From Prochlorococcus sp. AG-679-M23 (GTDB lineage Bacteria > Cyanobacteriota > Cyanobacteriia > PCC-6307 > Cyanobiaceae), in assembly GCA_003208875.1 (NCBI GenBank), contig QCUR01000004.1, positions 131,121 to 195,120 of the forward strand: 64,000 bases of DNA, read 5' to 3'. The position numbers and the translations under genes were made by a program. The notes under the pieces are model-generated. The model was not told the DNA's origin. It saw only the letters and a program-made list of their open reading frames with translations, and did not search any database. Below are positions 55,008 through 64,000 of the stretch, one piece after another (within the stretch, counting starts at the first letter, position 1; every line of letters begins with the position of its first letter).

Positions 55008-56119
55008 GAATGGATTCATACAAGCAAATTGTTGAAAAGGCAGAGTTAGCTCTTATTAAAGGTGAATATAATTTCTGCATTAAATACTTATACCCAATAA
55101 TCGAATCTTACCCTCCCTCCAGTAAAGAAGGAGTTAATTTACGAACTATAATAATTACAGCCCTATCAGGCATCAATAAAAAGGAAGAAGCAAAAATATT
55201 TTGCAAAGAACTTTTAAAATCTCATGATTATAAAGTGCGAGAAAATGCAAAATATTTAATGGAAATTATCGATTCTCCTGAAATTAAAAAACCTGAGAAT
55301 TGGAATATTACTATTGAAAGTAATCCTGCCTTAAAAAAAACATCTCTTTCCTCTCTAAAACCTAATAATCGGAAGAAGAAGGGGAAAAAGTTCATAGATA
55401 CATCAAATATTCCAACTGGTCAAACAAAGCCATTTCAGAAAGGATTTATATTTATCATTTCTCTATTATTATTATTACTAATTCCACTATTAAGCGGGTG
55501 CGTTAAAGTTGAAGACACTCTTGATATTAGTGAGATTGACTCAATTAATAATAATTTCAAAATTGAAAGCAAATATATTAAAAAATTTCCTTGGCAAATA
55601 AATTTTGAACAAAAAATTAAAGAATTTTTTCCTGATGGAGAAATATCAACAGGAGAATTAGATTTTTCATTTAAAAATAAAAATCTAAGTATGGAAACTG
55701 CTCAAGAAACTCTTTTTAAAATACAAAAGATAGCAGCTGAATTGTTAGGAGAGTCAACTGATCTAAAAATTAACAGTAATGAAAATAATTTTTTCTTTTT
55801 AAAAAAATATAACTTCAGGATTGATTTTGATCTTCAAAATCTTTTATATGTAGAAGATTTAGAAATAACTCTCAATATTGTTAACCCAAATAAAGTTACA
55901 GTGAGAGACTTAGAAAATTCTTATGTAGAGGTATCTAAGAATTTTATAAAGTGGCAATTAATCCCTGGAGATTTAAATAGCCTGGAGTTCTCATTTTGGA
56001 ATTGGAACAAATTATTATTAGGATTTTTACTTATTCTATTGTTAATATCTATTGCTTATTTTTTAAGGTTTTATAGATACAAAATAGGATCTAACTTTCC
56101 AGAACTTCCATCTAATTAG
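55004..56119 (+). CDS. Membrane protein, DUF3153-like C-terminal part with helical N-terminal domain
   Basis: Internal LLSGCV after a TM helix, WQLIPG motif, C-terminal TM. Confidence 0.7.
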   Translation: MRMDSYKQIVEKAELALIKGEYNFCIKYLYPIIESYPPSSKEGVNLRTIIITALSGINKKEEAKIFCKELLKSHDYKVRENAKYLMEIIDSPEIKKPENWNITIESNPALKKTSLSSLKPNNRKKKGKKFIDTSNIPTGQTKPFQKGFIFIISLLLLLLIPLLSGCVKVEDTLDISEIDSINNNFKIESKYIKKFPWQINFEQKIKEFFPDGEISTGELDFSFKNKNLSMETAQETLFKIQKIAAELLGESTDLKINSNENNFFFLKKYNFRIDFDLQNLLYVEDLEITLNIVNPNKVTVRDLENSYVEVSKNFIKWQLIPGDLNSLEFSFWNWNKLLLGFLLILLLISIAYFLRFYRYKIGSNFPELPSN

Positions 56120-58396
56120 CTATAACTCTACAGGATTCAGATCAATTGATAAAAACACATTTTTGGGAATTTTTTGCCAAAGATTAGACCTATCAGGCAA
56201 AGGGAATTCCGAATTTTCTGGGCCATGTATTAATATTTGCCACCTAAATTTATTACCAACCTTTGCAATTAAACTTGGAGCAGGACCAATTACCTTCCAC
56301 TTATTATCTTTACAAAAAGATATCATATATTTCGCTAGCTTAGCCGCAGTTATTTCAGTAAGTTCGAAGTTCTCCCCAGAAACTTTTAAAAGGCATACCT
56401 TACAAAAAGGAAATAGTTTTGCGTCTTTTCTTAATTTAGAGCTTTCAGATAAAAATCCCTCATAATTTCTATTTTTGAGATATGAAAGCACAGGATGACT
56501 TGGTTTATAAGTTTGAAAGATAACCTGTCCTGATTTTTTAGCTCTACCTGCTCTGCCCGCTAATTGTAGAAATAATTGTAATGATTTTTCTTCTGCTGAA
56601 ATATCTGGGCGGTGAAGTAATCCATCTGCGGCGATAACCACTGAAAGAGTAACATTGGGAATATCAATACCTTTTGCTAACATTTGAGTCCCTACAAGAA
56701 TATCTGCATTCCCATTAGAAAACTTTGAAAGAATATTTCTATGACCATCTTTACCTGAGGTCGTGTCTCTATCAAAACGAAGTACCCTCAGTTCAGGAAA
56801 TTCATTATTCAAGAACTCAATAACCCTCTGAGTCCCAATACCAAAAGGCTTAAAGGCATTTGATTCACAATCTGGACAAGTGTTGATAAGTTTTGCTTTA
56901 TGATCACACCAGTGACAGCTAAGCCACTTTTTACCTTTTGAACCTACATGAACAGATAAAGGTACATCACAATTAGGACAATTTATTATAAATCCACAAT
57001 TCCTACAACTTAGAAAACCGTTATAACCTCTTCTAGGAATCAAAACTATTGCTTGTTCCTGATTCTCTTTAAGCTGAGAAATTAATTCTAATAATTCGCC
57101 ACAAAAGATTTTTGTATTTCCCTTTTTAAATTCACAACGCATATCAACAACTTTAATTTCCGGTATTTCAGTACGAGATATTCTTTCTTTCATTCTCAGC
57201 ATCTTTAACTTTTTTTCAAAAACAACTCTTTTCCAAGTTCTCATTGATGGAGTTGCACTTCCAAAAATTAGCTTTGCTGGATTTCTTTTTACTCTTTCAA
57301 GTGCGACATCCCTCGCATCGTAACAAGGCATTGGGCTGTCTTGCTTATATGAAACGTCATGTTCTTCATCCATAATTATTAAGCCTAAATTCTTTATAGG
57401 AAGGAATACTGCGGACCTTGTCCCAATAACTATAAGAGGTTCATCTTCATCTATTATCTTTTTCCAAACTAAAGTTCTATGCCTCGAAGAACAATTACTG
57501 TGATATTCAAAAACCTCATTTTGAAATCTTTTACTGAATCTATCAATAAGTTGAGGAATTAAGCCAATTTCTGGAGCCAGTATTAAACAGCTCTTTTTAT
57601 TAAGTAGTTGATCTTCAGCCATTCTCATATAAATTTCTGTTTTTCCTGAACCTGTTTCTCCCCACAGCAAACAGACATCTCCGGGTTGCATCTCTTGCAT
57701 TTGCCCATATATTTTTTTTTGTTCCTGAGTAAGATTTGGTCTTTTTAATTTAATACAATCATCTTTAAAAGAACTTAATTTGGTACTAACTATTTTTTTT
57801 CTTTTAGTCTTTATTAGTAGTTTTTTATTCACCATTGAATTTATAATTGTGGAATTAAAGCCAAACCTTAATAATTCGCTTTGCCATTTTCCTTTAAGAC
57901 TCAAAATATTTATTAATGAAAGTTCTCTCTTTGTTAAGTCATCATTATTGAATTCCAAACCTATTTGAGATTCGATCCATATTTGATATTTAAAATTTTG
58001 AGATAATTTTTTATATTTACCAATCCATCCAGGGGGGAAAGCTGTTTTAAACATTTTCAAACTAGTTACCCGATAAAATAAAGCTAGATCCTCTAACCAT
58101 TCTCTCCACCAATCTTGAATCACTTTTTTTTGGACAATACTTTGTATAGATAAATATTCAAAATTAGATTCTTCATCAAAATCTTTTTTATTTTTATCTA
58201 TCTTTAAAAAAGGACTTTTAGAAATCGTTAGTCCATTCAAGAGTCTTCCCTTAAGTCTTACTGAAACAATATCTCCAATTTCTACTCCGAGATTATCACC
58301 ATCTAAATAAGAAAAAGTATTGGTATGACTACCTATATCAAGCAAGACGCCAAACTTATAAAAGGTATTTGATAAATTATTACTTGCCGGCATCAA
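56120..58396 (-). CDS. priA: Primosomal protein N'
   Basis: GETGSGKT, DEEH, SATP, four CxxC pairs, QLAGRAGR. Confidence 0.97.
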   Translation of the reverse strand: MMPASNNLSNTFYKFGVLLDIGSHTNTFSYLDGDNLGVEIGDIVSVRLKGRLLNGLTISKSPFLKIDKNKKDFDEESNFEYLSIQSIVQKKVIQDWWREWLEDLALFYRVTSLKMFKTAFPPGWIGKYKKLSQNFKYQIWIESQIGLEFNNDDLTKRELSLINILSLKGKWQSELLRFGFNSTIINSMVNKKLLIKTKRKKIVSTKLSSFKDDCIKLKRPNLTQEQKKIYGQMQEMQPGDVCLLWGETGSGKTEIYMRMAEDQLLNKKSCLILAPEIGLIPQLIDRFSKRFQNEVFEYHSNCSSRHRTLVWKKIIDEDEPLIVIGTRSAVFLPIKNLGLIIMDEEHDVSYKQDSPMPCYDARDVALERVKRNPAKLIFGSATPSMRTWKRVVFEKKLKMLRMKERISRTEIPEIKVVDMRCEFKKGNTKIFCGELLELISQLKENQEQAIVLIPRRGYNGFLSCRNCGFIINCPNCDVPLSVHVGSKGKKWLSCHWCDHKAKLINTCPDCESNAFKPFGIGTQRVIEFLNNEFPELRVLRFDRDTTSGKDGHRNILSKFSNGNADILVGTQMLAKGIDIPNVTLSVVIAADGLLHRPDISAEEKSLQLFLQLAGRAGRAKKSGQVIFQTYKPSHPVLSYLKNRNYEGFLSESSKLRKDAKLFPFCKVCLLKVSGENFELTEITAAKLAKYMISFCKDNKWKVIGPAPSLIAKVGNKFRWQILIHGPENSEFPLPDRSNLWQKIPKNVFLSIDLNPVEL

Positions 58397-58723
58397 AACT
58401 TTTTCTTAGTATTGGATTGTTGAACATTACACAAAGTGCTTTTGCATATTTTAAGTATTCTGTTTTTAAGGGAGACATGAAGCTTTGATCATTGAATTAA
58501 AATTCAAAAATTGATCTGCCAGTCTGAGAAATCCTAAGACTTTTTACTTTAGGTAATCTATAACACTATTTAAATTTTTCAACAATAAAAAAAAAATTTA
58601 TCTAAACACAATTTTTGTGAGTTAGTTCTTCTAATCTTTAAGGCAAACTTTTACTACTAAGTGTATAAATTCGTCTTAATTAAATTTTTACCTAGTTAAA
58701 TTCATCGTAGAAAGGAGTCCACT

Positions 58724-59914
58724 ATGTGTCCAGCAGCAACAGAATCAAAAAGTTCTAATCCTAGTTCCAAGAAAAAAATTAATAAAAATATTGATTCAAA
58801 TTTTAAAAACGATCGAGAAGAAGAAAGTATCAAGAATCAAGATCCTATTCAAAACTCGAAACAAAAGCCACTTAATCATGAAGGGAGTATTGACAATAAT
58901 GATGAATTTAATGGTTCTGATGAAGAGGTCAAAGCTATTGGTAACGTAAAGCTTGGACCAAAGGGAATATACACAGAAGATTCTATAAGAGTTTATCTTC
59001 AGGAAATTGGAAGAATTAGATTATTAAGACCGGATGAAGAAATTGAACTTGCTAGAAAAATAGCTGATCTACTCCAACTTGAAGAGTTAGCTACACAATA
59101 CGAGTCTGAGAAAGGACATTTCCCTTCAGTTAGAGAATGGGCTGAATTAACCGACATGCCTCTCTCTAAATTCAGAAGAAGACTTCTCTTAGGGAGAAGA
59201 GCTAAAGAGAAGATGGTTCAATCTAATTTAAGATTAGTTGTCTCTATTGCTAAAAAATATATGAATAGAGGGCTATCTTTTCAAGATTTAATACAAGAAG
59301 GAAGCTTAGGTTTAATCAGAGCTGCCGAAAAATTTGACCATGAAAAAGGTTATAAATTTTCTACTTATGCTACTTGGTGGATTCGTCAAGCGATAACACG
59401 AGCGATAGCAGATCAAAGTAGAACGATTAGATTGCCTGTTCACTTGTATGAAACAATTTCTAGAATAAAAAAAACAACAAAAGTTCTTAGTCAAGAGTTT
59501 GGAAGAAAGCCTAGCGAAGAAGAAATAGCTGAGAGTATGGAAATGACAATTGAAAAATTAAGGTTTATAGCAAAAAGTGCTCAGCTTCCAATCTCATTAG
59601 AGACACCAATAGGTAAAGAAGAGGATTCAAGGCTTGGAGACTTCATAGAGGCTGATATTGAAAATCCTGAACAAGATGTATCTAAGACTTTATTGAGAGA
59701 AGATTTAGAAGGGGTTTTAGCTACTCTAAGCCCAAGAGAAAGGGATGTTCTAAGACTGCGATATGGAATAGATGATGGGAGGATGAAGACTCTTGAAGAG
59801 ATAGGACAAATTTTTGATGTTACAAGAGAGAGAATTAGACAAATAGAAGCAAAAGCTCTGAGAAAGCTAAGACATCCAAACAGAAATGGTGTTCTAAAAG
59901 AATATATTAAATAA
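58724..59914 (+). CDS. sigA: Principal RNA polymerase sigma factor
   Basis: [47 protein letters not shown]. Confidence 0.96.
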   Translation: MCPAATESKSSNPSSKKKINKNIDSNFKNDREEESIKNQDPIQNSKQKPLNHEGSIDNNDEFNGSDEEVKAIGNVKLGPKGIYTEDSIRVYLQEIGRIRLLRPDEEIELARKIADLLQLEELATQYESEKGHFPSVREWAELTDMPLSKFRRRLLLGRRAKEKMVQSNLRLVVSIAKKYMNRGLSFQDLIQEGSLGLIRAAEKFDHEKGYKFSTYATWWIRQAITRAIADQSRTIRLPVHLYETISRIKKTTKVLSQEFGRKPSEEEIAESMEMTIEKLRFIAKSAQLPISLETPIGKEEDSRLGDFIEADIENPEQDVSKTLLREDLEGVLATLSPRERDVLRLRYGIDDGRMKTLEEIGQIFDVTRERIRQIEAKALRKLRHPNRNGVLKEYIK

Positions 59915-60008
59915 AAAAGTTAAATATAATTTTTCGGCTTTGAAAAGTTAGCAACTATTATCTTAAAATAAATGCGACTTTATCTTAAACTAATCAAACC
60001 AATATTTA

Positions 60009-60959
60009 ATGACTAAATTTAAATTAAAGATAGCTAGTAGAAGAAGTAAATTAGCTATGGTTCAAACATTATGGGTTAAAGAGCAACTAGAAAAAATTAT
60101 TCCTGACTTGGAAGTATCAATAGAGGCCATGGCAACTCAAGGTGACAAAATTCTTGATGTCGCCTTAGCCAAAATAGGAGATAAAGGACTTTTCACAAAA
60201 GAACTAGAAGCTCAAATGCTTGTGGGACATGCAGATATTGCAGTGCATTCCTTGAAAGATTTGCCTACTAATTTACCTGATGGACTTACATTAGGATGTA
60301 TTACAAAAAGAGAAGACCCTTCAGATGCTTTAGTAGTTAATAAAAAAAATAAAATTTATCAATTAGAAAGTTTACCTCAAGGTTCAATCGTTGGAACAAG
60401 TTCCTTAAGGAGACTTGCTCAATTAAGATATAAATTTCCGCATCTTGACTTCAAAGATATTAGGGGGAACGTTATTACAAGAATAGAAAAACTAGATTCA
60501 GGAGAATTTGACTGTATTATTCTAGCTGCAGCGGGTTTAAAAAGATTAGGATTTGAATCAAGAATTCACCAAATTATTCCTAATGAGATTTCCCTTCATG
60601 CCGTTGGCCAAGGTGCTTTAGGAATTGAATGTAAATCTGATGATAAAGAAGTTCTTAAAATTATAAGTGTCCTAGAAGATAAGGTCTCGAGCCAAAGATG
60701 TTTAGCAGAAAGATCTTTTTTAAGAGAACTTGAAGGCGGATGTCAAGTCCCTATAGGAGTTAATAGTAGTATTCAAAATGATGAATTAGCTCTTATAGGA
60801 ATGGTCGCATCTATTGATGGGAAAAGACTTATAAAAGATGAATCGATAGGAAATATTAAATATCCAGAGGAAGTTGGTAAGAAATTAGCAGAAAAGCTAA
60901 AACTTCAAGGGGCTGATAAAATTCTTTCGGAAATATTTGAACAATTTAGAGAGAAGTAA
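60009..60959 (+). CDS. hemC: Hydroxymethylbilane synthase
   Basis: SRRSKLA, VHSLKD, GTSSLRR, GGCQVP. Confidence 0.98.
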   Translation: MTKFKLKIASRRSKLAMVQTLWVKEQLEKIIPDLEVSIEAMATQGDKILDVALAKIGDKGLFTKELEAQMLVGHADIAVHSLKDLPTNLPDGLTLGCITKREDPSDALVVNKKNKIYQLESLPQGSIVGTSSLRRLAQLRYKFPHLDFKDIRGNVITRIEKLDSGEFDCIILAAAGLKRLGFESRIHQIIPNEISLHAVGQGALGIECKSDDKEVLKIISVLEDKVSSQRCLAERSFLRELEGGCQVPIGVNSSIQNDELALIGMVASIDGKRLIKDESIGNIKYPEEVGKKLAEKLKLQGADKILSEIFEQFREK

Positions 60960-60965
60960 TTTTTG

Positions 60966-61553
60966 TTAATCAACTAATTTAGGTTCAATTTCTTTTTGGT
61001 ATCTAGATTCACAATCTTGAATTACTTTTACAGCTTCTTCAATTCCATAAAAGCCATTAACAGTACATGTTCCTGGTTTTTTTAGATCTTTATAATGTTC
61101 CCAATAATACTTGGTCTCATTAAGCCAATGTTCCCCAAGATCCTCAAAAGTATGAATATGATCCATTCTCTTATCATCTGATAGGACAGCAATTACTTTG
61201 TCATCAACTTCTCCTCCATCATCAAATTTCATTACTCCAATTATCCTTGACTCTACGATTGAACCTGGTACTAGTGGTTCTGTAACACCAACTATTTCAA
61301 TATCAAGAGGATCACCATCCTCATCCCAAGTTCTTGGAATACATCCATAAGCAAAAGGGTATGCAAGTGATGAATAACCAACTCTATCAAGTTTCAAATG
61401 TCCCGTTTCAGTAATTAACTCATACTTATTTATAGTATTAGAATTTAACTCAACAATTGTATTAACGATTGATTTTGTATTGTCTGTAAAAGCATCTAAA
61501 ATATGCAATAAATTTGGGGTAACTCTACTTGGGGGTTGATTAAGGTTTGCCAT
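60966..61553 (-). CDS. ppa: Family I inorganic pyrophosphatase, intact active site
   Basis: KYE, LDR, DGDPLD, DDK, HYKDL; ATG at 61553. Confidence 0.93.
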   Translation of the reverse strand: MANLNQPPSRVTPNLLHILDAFTDNTKSIVNTIVELNSNTINKYELITETGHLKLDRVGYSSLAYPFAYGCIPRTWDEDGDPLDIEIVGVTEPLVPGSIVESRIIGVMKFDDGGEVDDKVIAVLSDDKRMDHIHTFEDLGEHWLNETKYYWEHYKDLKKPGTCTVNGFYGIEEAVKVIQDCESRYQKEIEPKLVD

Positions 61554-61615
61554 CAAAAAATTATTTTTATTTATCCTACATCCTCACACTCAATCAAATT
61601 CTAAAACGTAAATTT

Positions 61616-63121
61616 TTAGCAGAAATCTTTTATTTTCGATCTCAAATGATTAACAAAGTACTTTGATGTTAGTTCTTCTCCAGTTACATTTTTCACTAGT
61701 TTCATAGAGTTAACAGATCTTCCATAGTTGTGAATATTATTTTTTAACCATAAAATTATTTTTTCATATTCTCCATCTTCAACTAAATTATCAATTAATC
61801 CTATTTCCTTTTCCATTTGCGAAGAGATTTGTGCACTTATAAGATGACCTAATAAGTACGAAGGGAAATATCCAAATGCTCCTTCACTCCAATGAACATC
61901 TTGCAAACAACCCTCAGCATCATTTGATGGTCTAATCCCTAAAAGTTCCTCATATCTTTTGTTCCATTCTGATGGTACATCTTTCGCTTCTAGACCTCCT
62001 TCAATTAAATCTATTTCAAGTTCAGTTCTAATTAAAATATGCAACCCATAGCTTAATTCATCTGCCTCAACTCTATTTAAACCTGGTTTCAAATGGTTAA
62101 TAGATTTCCATAGTTCTAAATGATTATTTAAAGAACAACCCTCAGAAACAAAATGTTTGAAAAACCTTTTAGAAAAAGATTTTGATTTAACTATCCTATT
62201 TTCCCAAAATAAAGATTGGCTTTCATGAATACCCATTGATGTTGCTTGACCCAAAGGCCACGCAAACCATTGATGACTCTGAGATGGCAAACCCTGCTCA
62301 TAAATCGAATGTCCCCACTCATGCGCAGTAGCTAGAAAACTTGATAAGGGTTCCCCTTCTACAACTCTAGTAGTAATCCTATAGTCATCTGGGCCTAAAG
62401 TAATAGAAAAAGGATGGGGAGATTTTGCAACAACTACTAGATCTTCATCTCTCCCAAACTCATCAAGTAATTTAGAACATAAATTTTGCTGAGATTTAGG
62501 ACTTAAATCCCAGTGGTACTTTTCTGATTTATTGAGATCACTTATTAGAGATGGGATAGCTTCTTTAAGTGGCTGGAAAATTTTATTTAACCACTTCAGA
62601 GTTAAATCCGGCTCAAAAGGCTGAGCTAAAGTTTCCCAAGGTGTGTATTTATCTGATATTTGTTTTGTCTCTTCAATACGTAATTCGATCAAATTTTTAA
62701 AAATTGGTAAGAAAATCTCAAAATCGGATTTTCTTTTGGCTTCTTGCCAACTTTCATAACCTTTTGATTTAGCTTTAGCAAGTGCTTCAACTAGTTTAGG
62801 ATCTAAATTTTTTTGCCTATTAAATTCCTTGATTAATAATTCAAGGTTTCTTTTTTTACTTCGAATAATTTCTTGATTTAATGATTTCTCTAAGCCATCT
62901 CTAAACTCATCCTGAGCAGCTTTAATTAAATCTGAAAACTCTTCAGAGGAATTTCTCTTATGTAGTATTTTTGCGATATACGTAAGTTGTTCAGATCTCC
63001 ATGACGCTCCTTTATTGGGCATACCTGTATTTTGATCCCAATAAAGAGTACTCTGTATTGAGCCTAATATTTGAGTTTCTTTTAAATAAGCTCCAAGCTT
63101 ATTCCATTCTTTTTCAGACAA
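61616..63121 (-). CDS. Carboxypeptidase Taq (M32)
   Basis: HPF, HEWGH, HESQ, RVEAD, QDVHW, YFPSY. Confidence 0.95.
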   Translation of the reverse strand: MSEKEWNKLGAYLKETQILGSIQSTLYWDQNTGMPNKGASWRSEQLTYIAKILHKRNSSEEFSDLIKAAQDEFRDGLEKSLNQEIIRSKKRNLELLIKEFNRQKNLDPKLVEALAKAKSKGYESWQEAKRKSDFEIFLPIFKNLIELRIEETKQISDKYTPWETLAQPFEPDLTLKWLNKIFQPLKEAIPSLISDLNKSEKYHWDLSPKSQQNLCSKLLDEFGRDEDLVVVAKSPHPFSITLGPDDYRITTRVVEGEPLSSFLATAHEWGHSIYEQGLPSQSHQWFAWPLGQATSMGIHESQSLFWENRIVKSKSFSKRFFKHFVSEGCSLNNHLELWKSINHLKPGLNRVEADELSYGLHILIRTELEIDLIEGGLEAKDVPSEWNKRYEELLGIRPSNDAEGCLQDVHWSEGAFGYFPSYLLGHLISAQISSQMEKEIGLIDNLVEDGEYEKIILWLKNNIHNYGRSVNSMKLVKNVTGEELTSKYFVNHLRSKIKDFC

Positions 63122-63231
63122 AAATATTTAACTTAATTATCTATTATTTTAAGACAAAAATATTTTTCTAAGTATAAAAATTTAAAACTATTTTCATAAT
63201 AGGATATTACTTATTAGGGCCTTAAATATTT

Positions 63232-63717
63232 ATGGAACAAATTTTCTCAAAATTAAACTTTATAACCAACGGGGAGGGTTTCACTGATATTACTGATGAT
63301 TTAAATTTATTCATACAAAAAAGTAATTTTGATTCAGGAATTTTTTGCTTAACCTCACTACACACAAGTTGTAGTTTGACTATTAATGAAAATGCAGATC
63401 CAAATGTTCTTAAAGATCTAGAAAAGTTCATTAAATCTATAGTTCCGTACAACTGTTATAACTCGTTATCAAAAGAAAGAGAGGAGATATATTATGAACA
63501 TTTTGAAGAGGGAGAGGACGATATGCCAGCTCACATTAAAACTGCTTTAACAAATACTAATTTATCTTTAAGCTTTCAAAAAGGGAGACTCATACTTGGC
63601 ACTTGGCAAGCAATTTATTTATGGGAACATCGATTTAGTACAAAAAAAAGAAGTATAAGTGTTCATATTATTGGGGAAAAAAAATCAAGTCTCTATAATA
63701 GTAAACAGTCACAATAA
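63232..63717 (+). CDS. YjbQ/UPF0047 family protein
   Basis: HTSCSLTINENADP, AHIK, LGTWQ. Confidence 0.92.
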   Translation: MEQIFSKLNFITNGEGFTDITDDLNLFIQKSNFDSGIFCLTSLHTSCSLTINENADPNVLKDLEKFIKSIVPYNCYNSLSKEREEIYYEHFEEGEDDMPAHIKTALTNTNLSLSFQKGRLILGTWQAIYLWEHRFSTKKRSISVHIIGEKKSSLYNSKQSQ

Positions 63718-63723
63718 ATAGTT

Positions 63724-64000
63724 ATGAAGCCATACCTTTTAGAAAATGAGGAATTAAAAGAACTATCTGCAAAAATAGGAGGATGGAGAATTATGACAAC
63801 TCATATTGAAAGAGAATTTAATTTTAGTAATTTTATAGAAGCCTTCTCCTTTATGACAAAGATTGCTTTAATTTGCGAGAAACATAACCATCATCCAAAT
63901 TGGGAAAATGTCTATTCAAAAGTAATAATTAAACTAAGTACTCATGATTTAGGCGGAATTACTAATTTAGATCAAACAATCGCTTCAGAAATTAATGATA
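63724..64000 (+). CDS. Pterin-4a-carbinolamine dehydratase (canonical), truncated by the window end
   Basis: ATG 63724: MKPYLL...FSNFIEAFSFM...EKHNHHPNW...LSTHDLGGITNLD. Confidence 0.9.
   Translation, partial: MKPYLLENEELKELSAKIGGWRIMTTHIEREFNFSNFIEAFSFMTKIALICEKHNHHPNWENVYSKVIIKLSTHDLGGITNLDQTIASEIND

Noticed and set aside
58397..58723. Long priA-sigA intergenic region as a possible ncRNA locus
   Set aside because: No convincing GC-rich stem or repeat seen; its size fits divergent promoters.

Overview
AT-rich core-genome segment of a marine picocyanobacterium. Gene order, low GC and the absence of csoS1E and cbbX around the cso locus point to a high-light-type Prochlorococcus (inference). 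It holds the alpha-carboxysome locus (csoS1D, ham1, csoS1-cbbL-cbbS-csoS2-csoSCA-csoS4A-csoS4B, PCD-like factor), chlNBL plus por, psaM, the alkane pair ado-aar, and many housekeeping genes (hisG, trpF, folE, accA, ilvB, hemH, cobO, pyrH, frr, tal, ftsI, lepB, proS, psb27, purA, argB, priA, sigA, hemC, two ppa paralogs). I saw no tRNA, rRNA, CRISPR array or intact mobile element. The most striking unexplained signal is in the csoS1-ham1 intergenic region: a GC-rich ~65-nt structured element with an exact 14-nt copy of sequence in the csoS1 leader, positioned to act as an antisense sRNA on the carboxysome mRNA. An array of LysR/CbbR-type palindromes lies next to it. Other notable items are two Yfr1-complementary sites, several apparent pseudo-enzymes, and an orphan tyrosine recombinase. 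All calls come from manual reading; no searches or folding computations were run.
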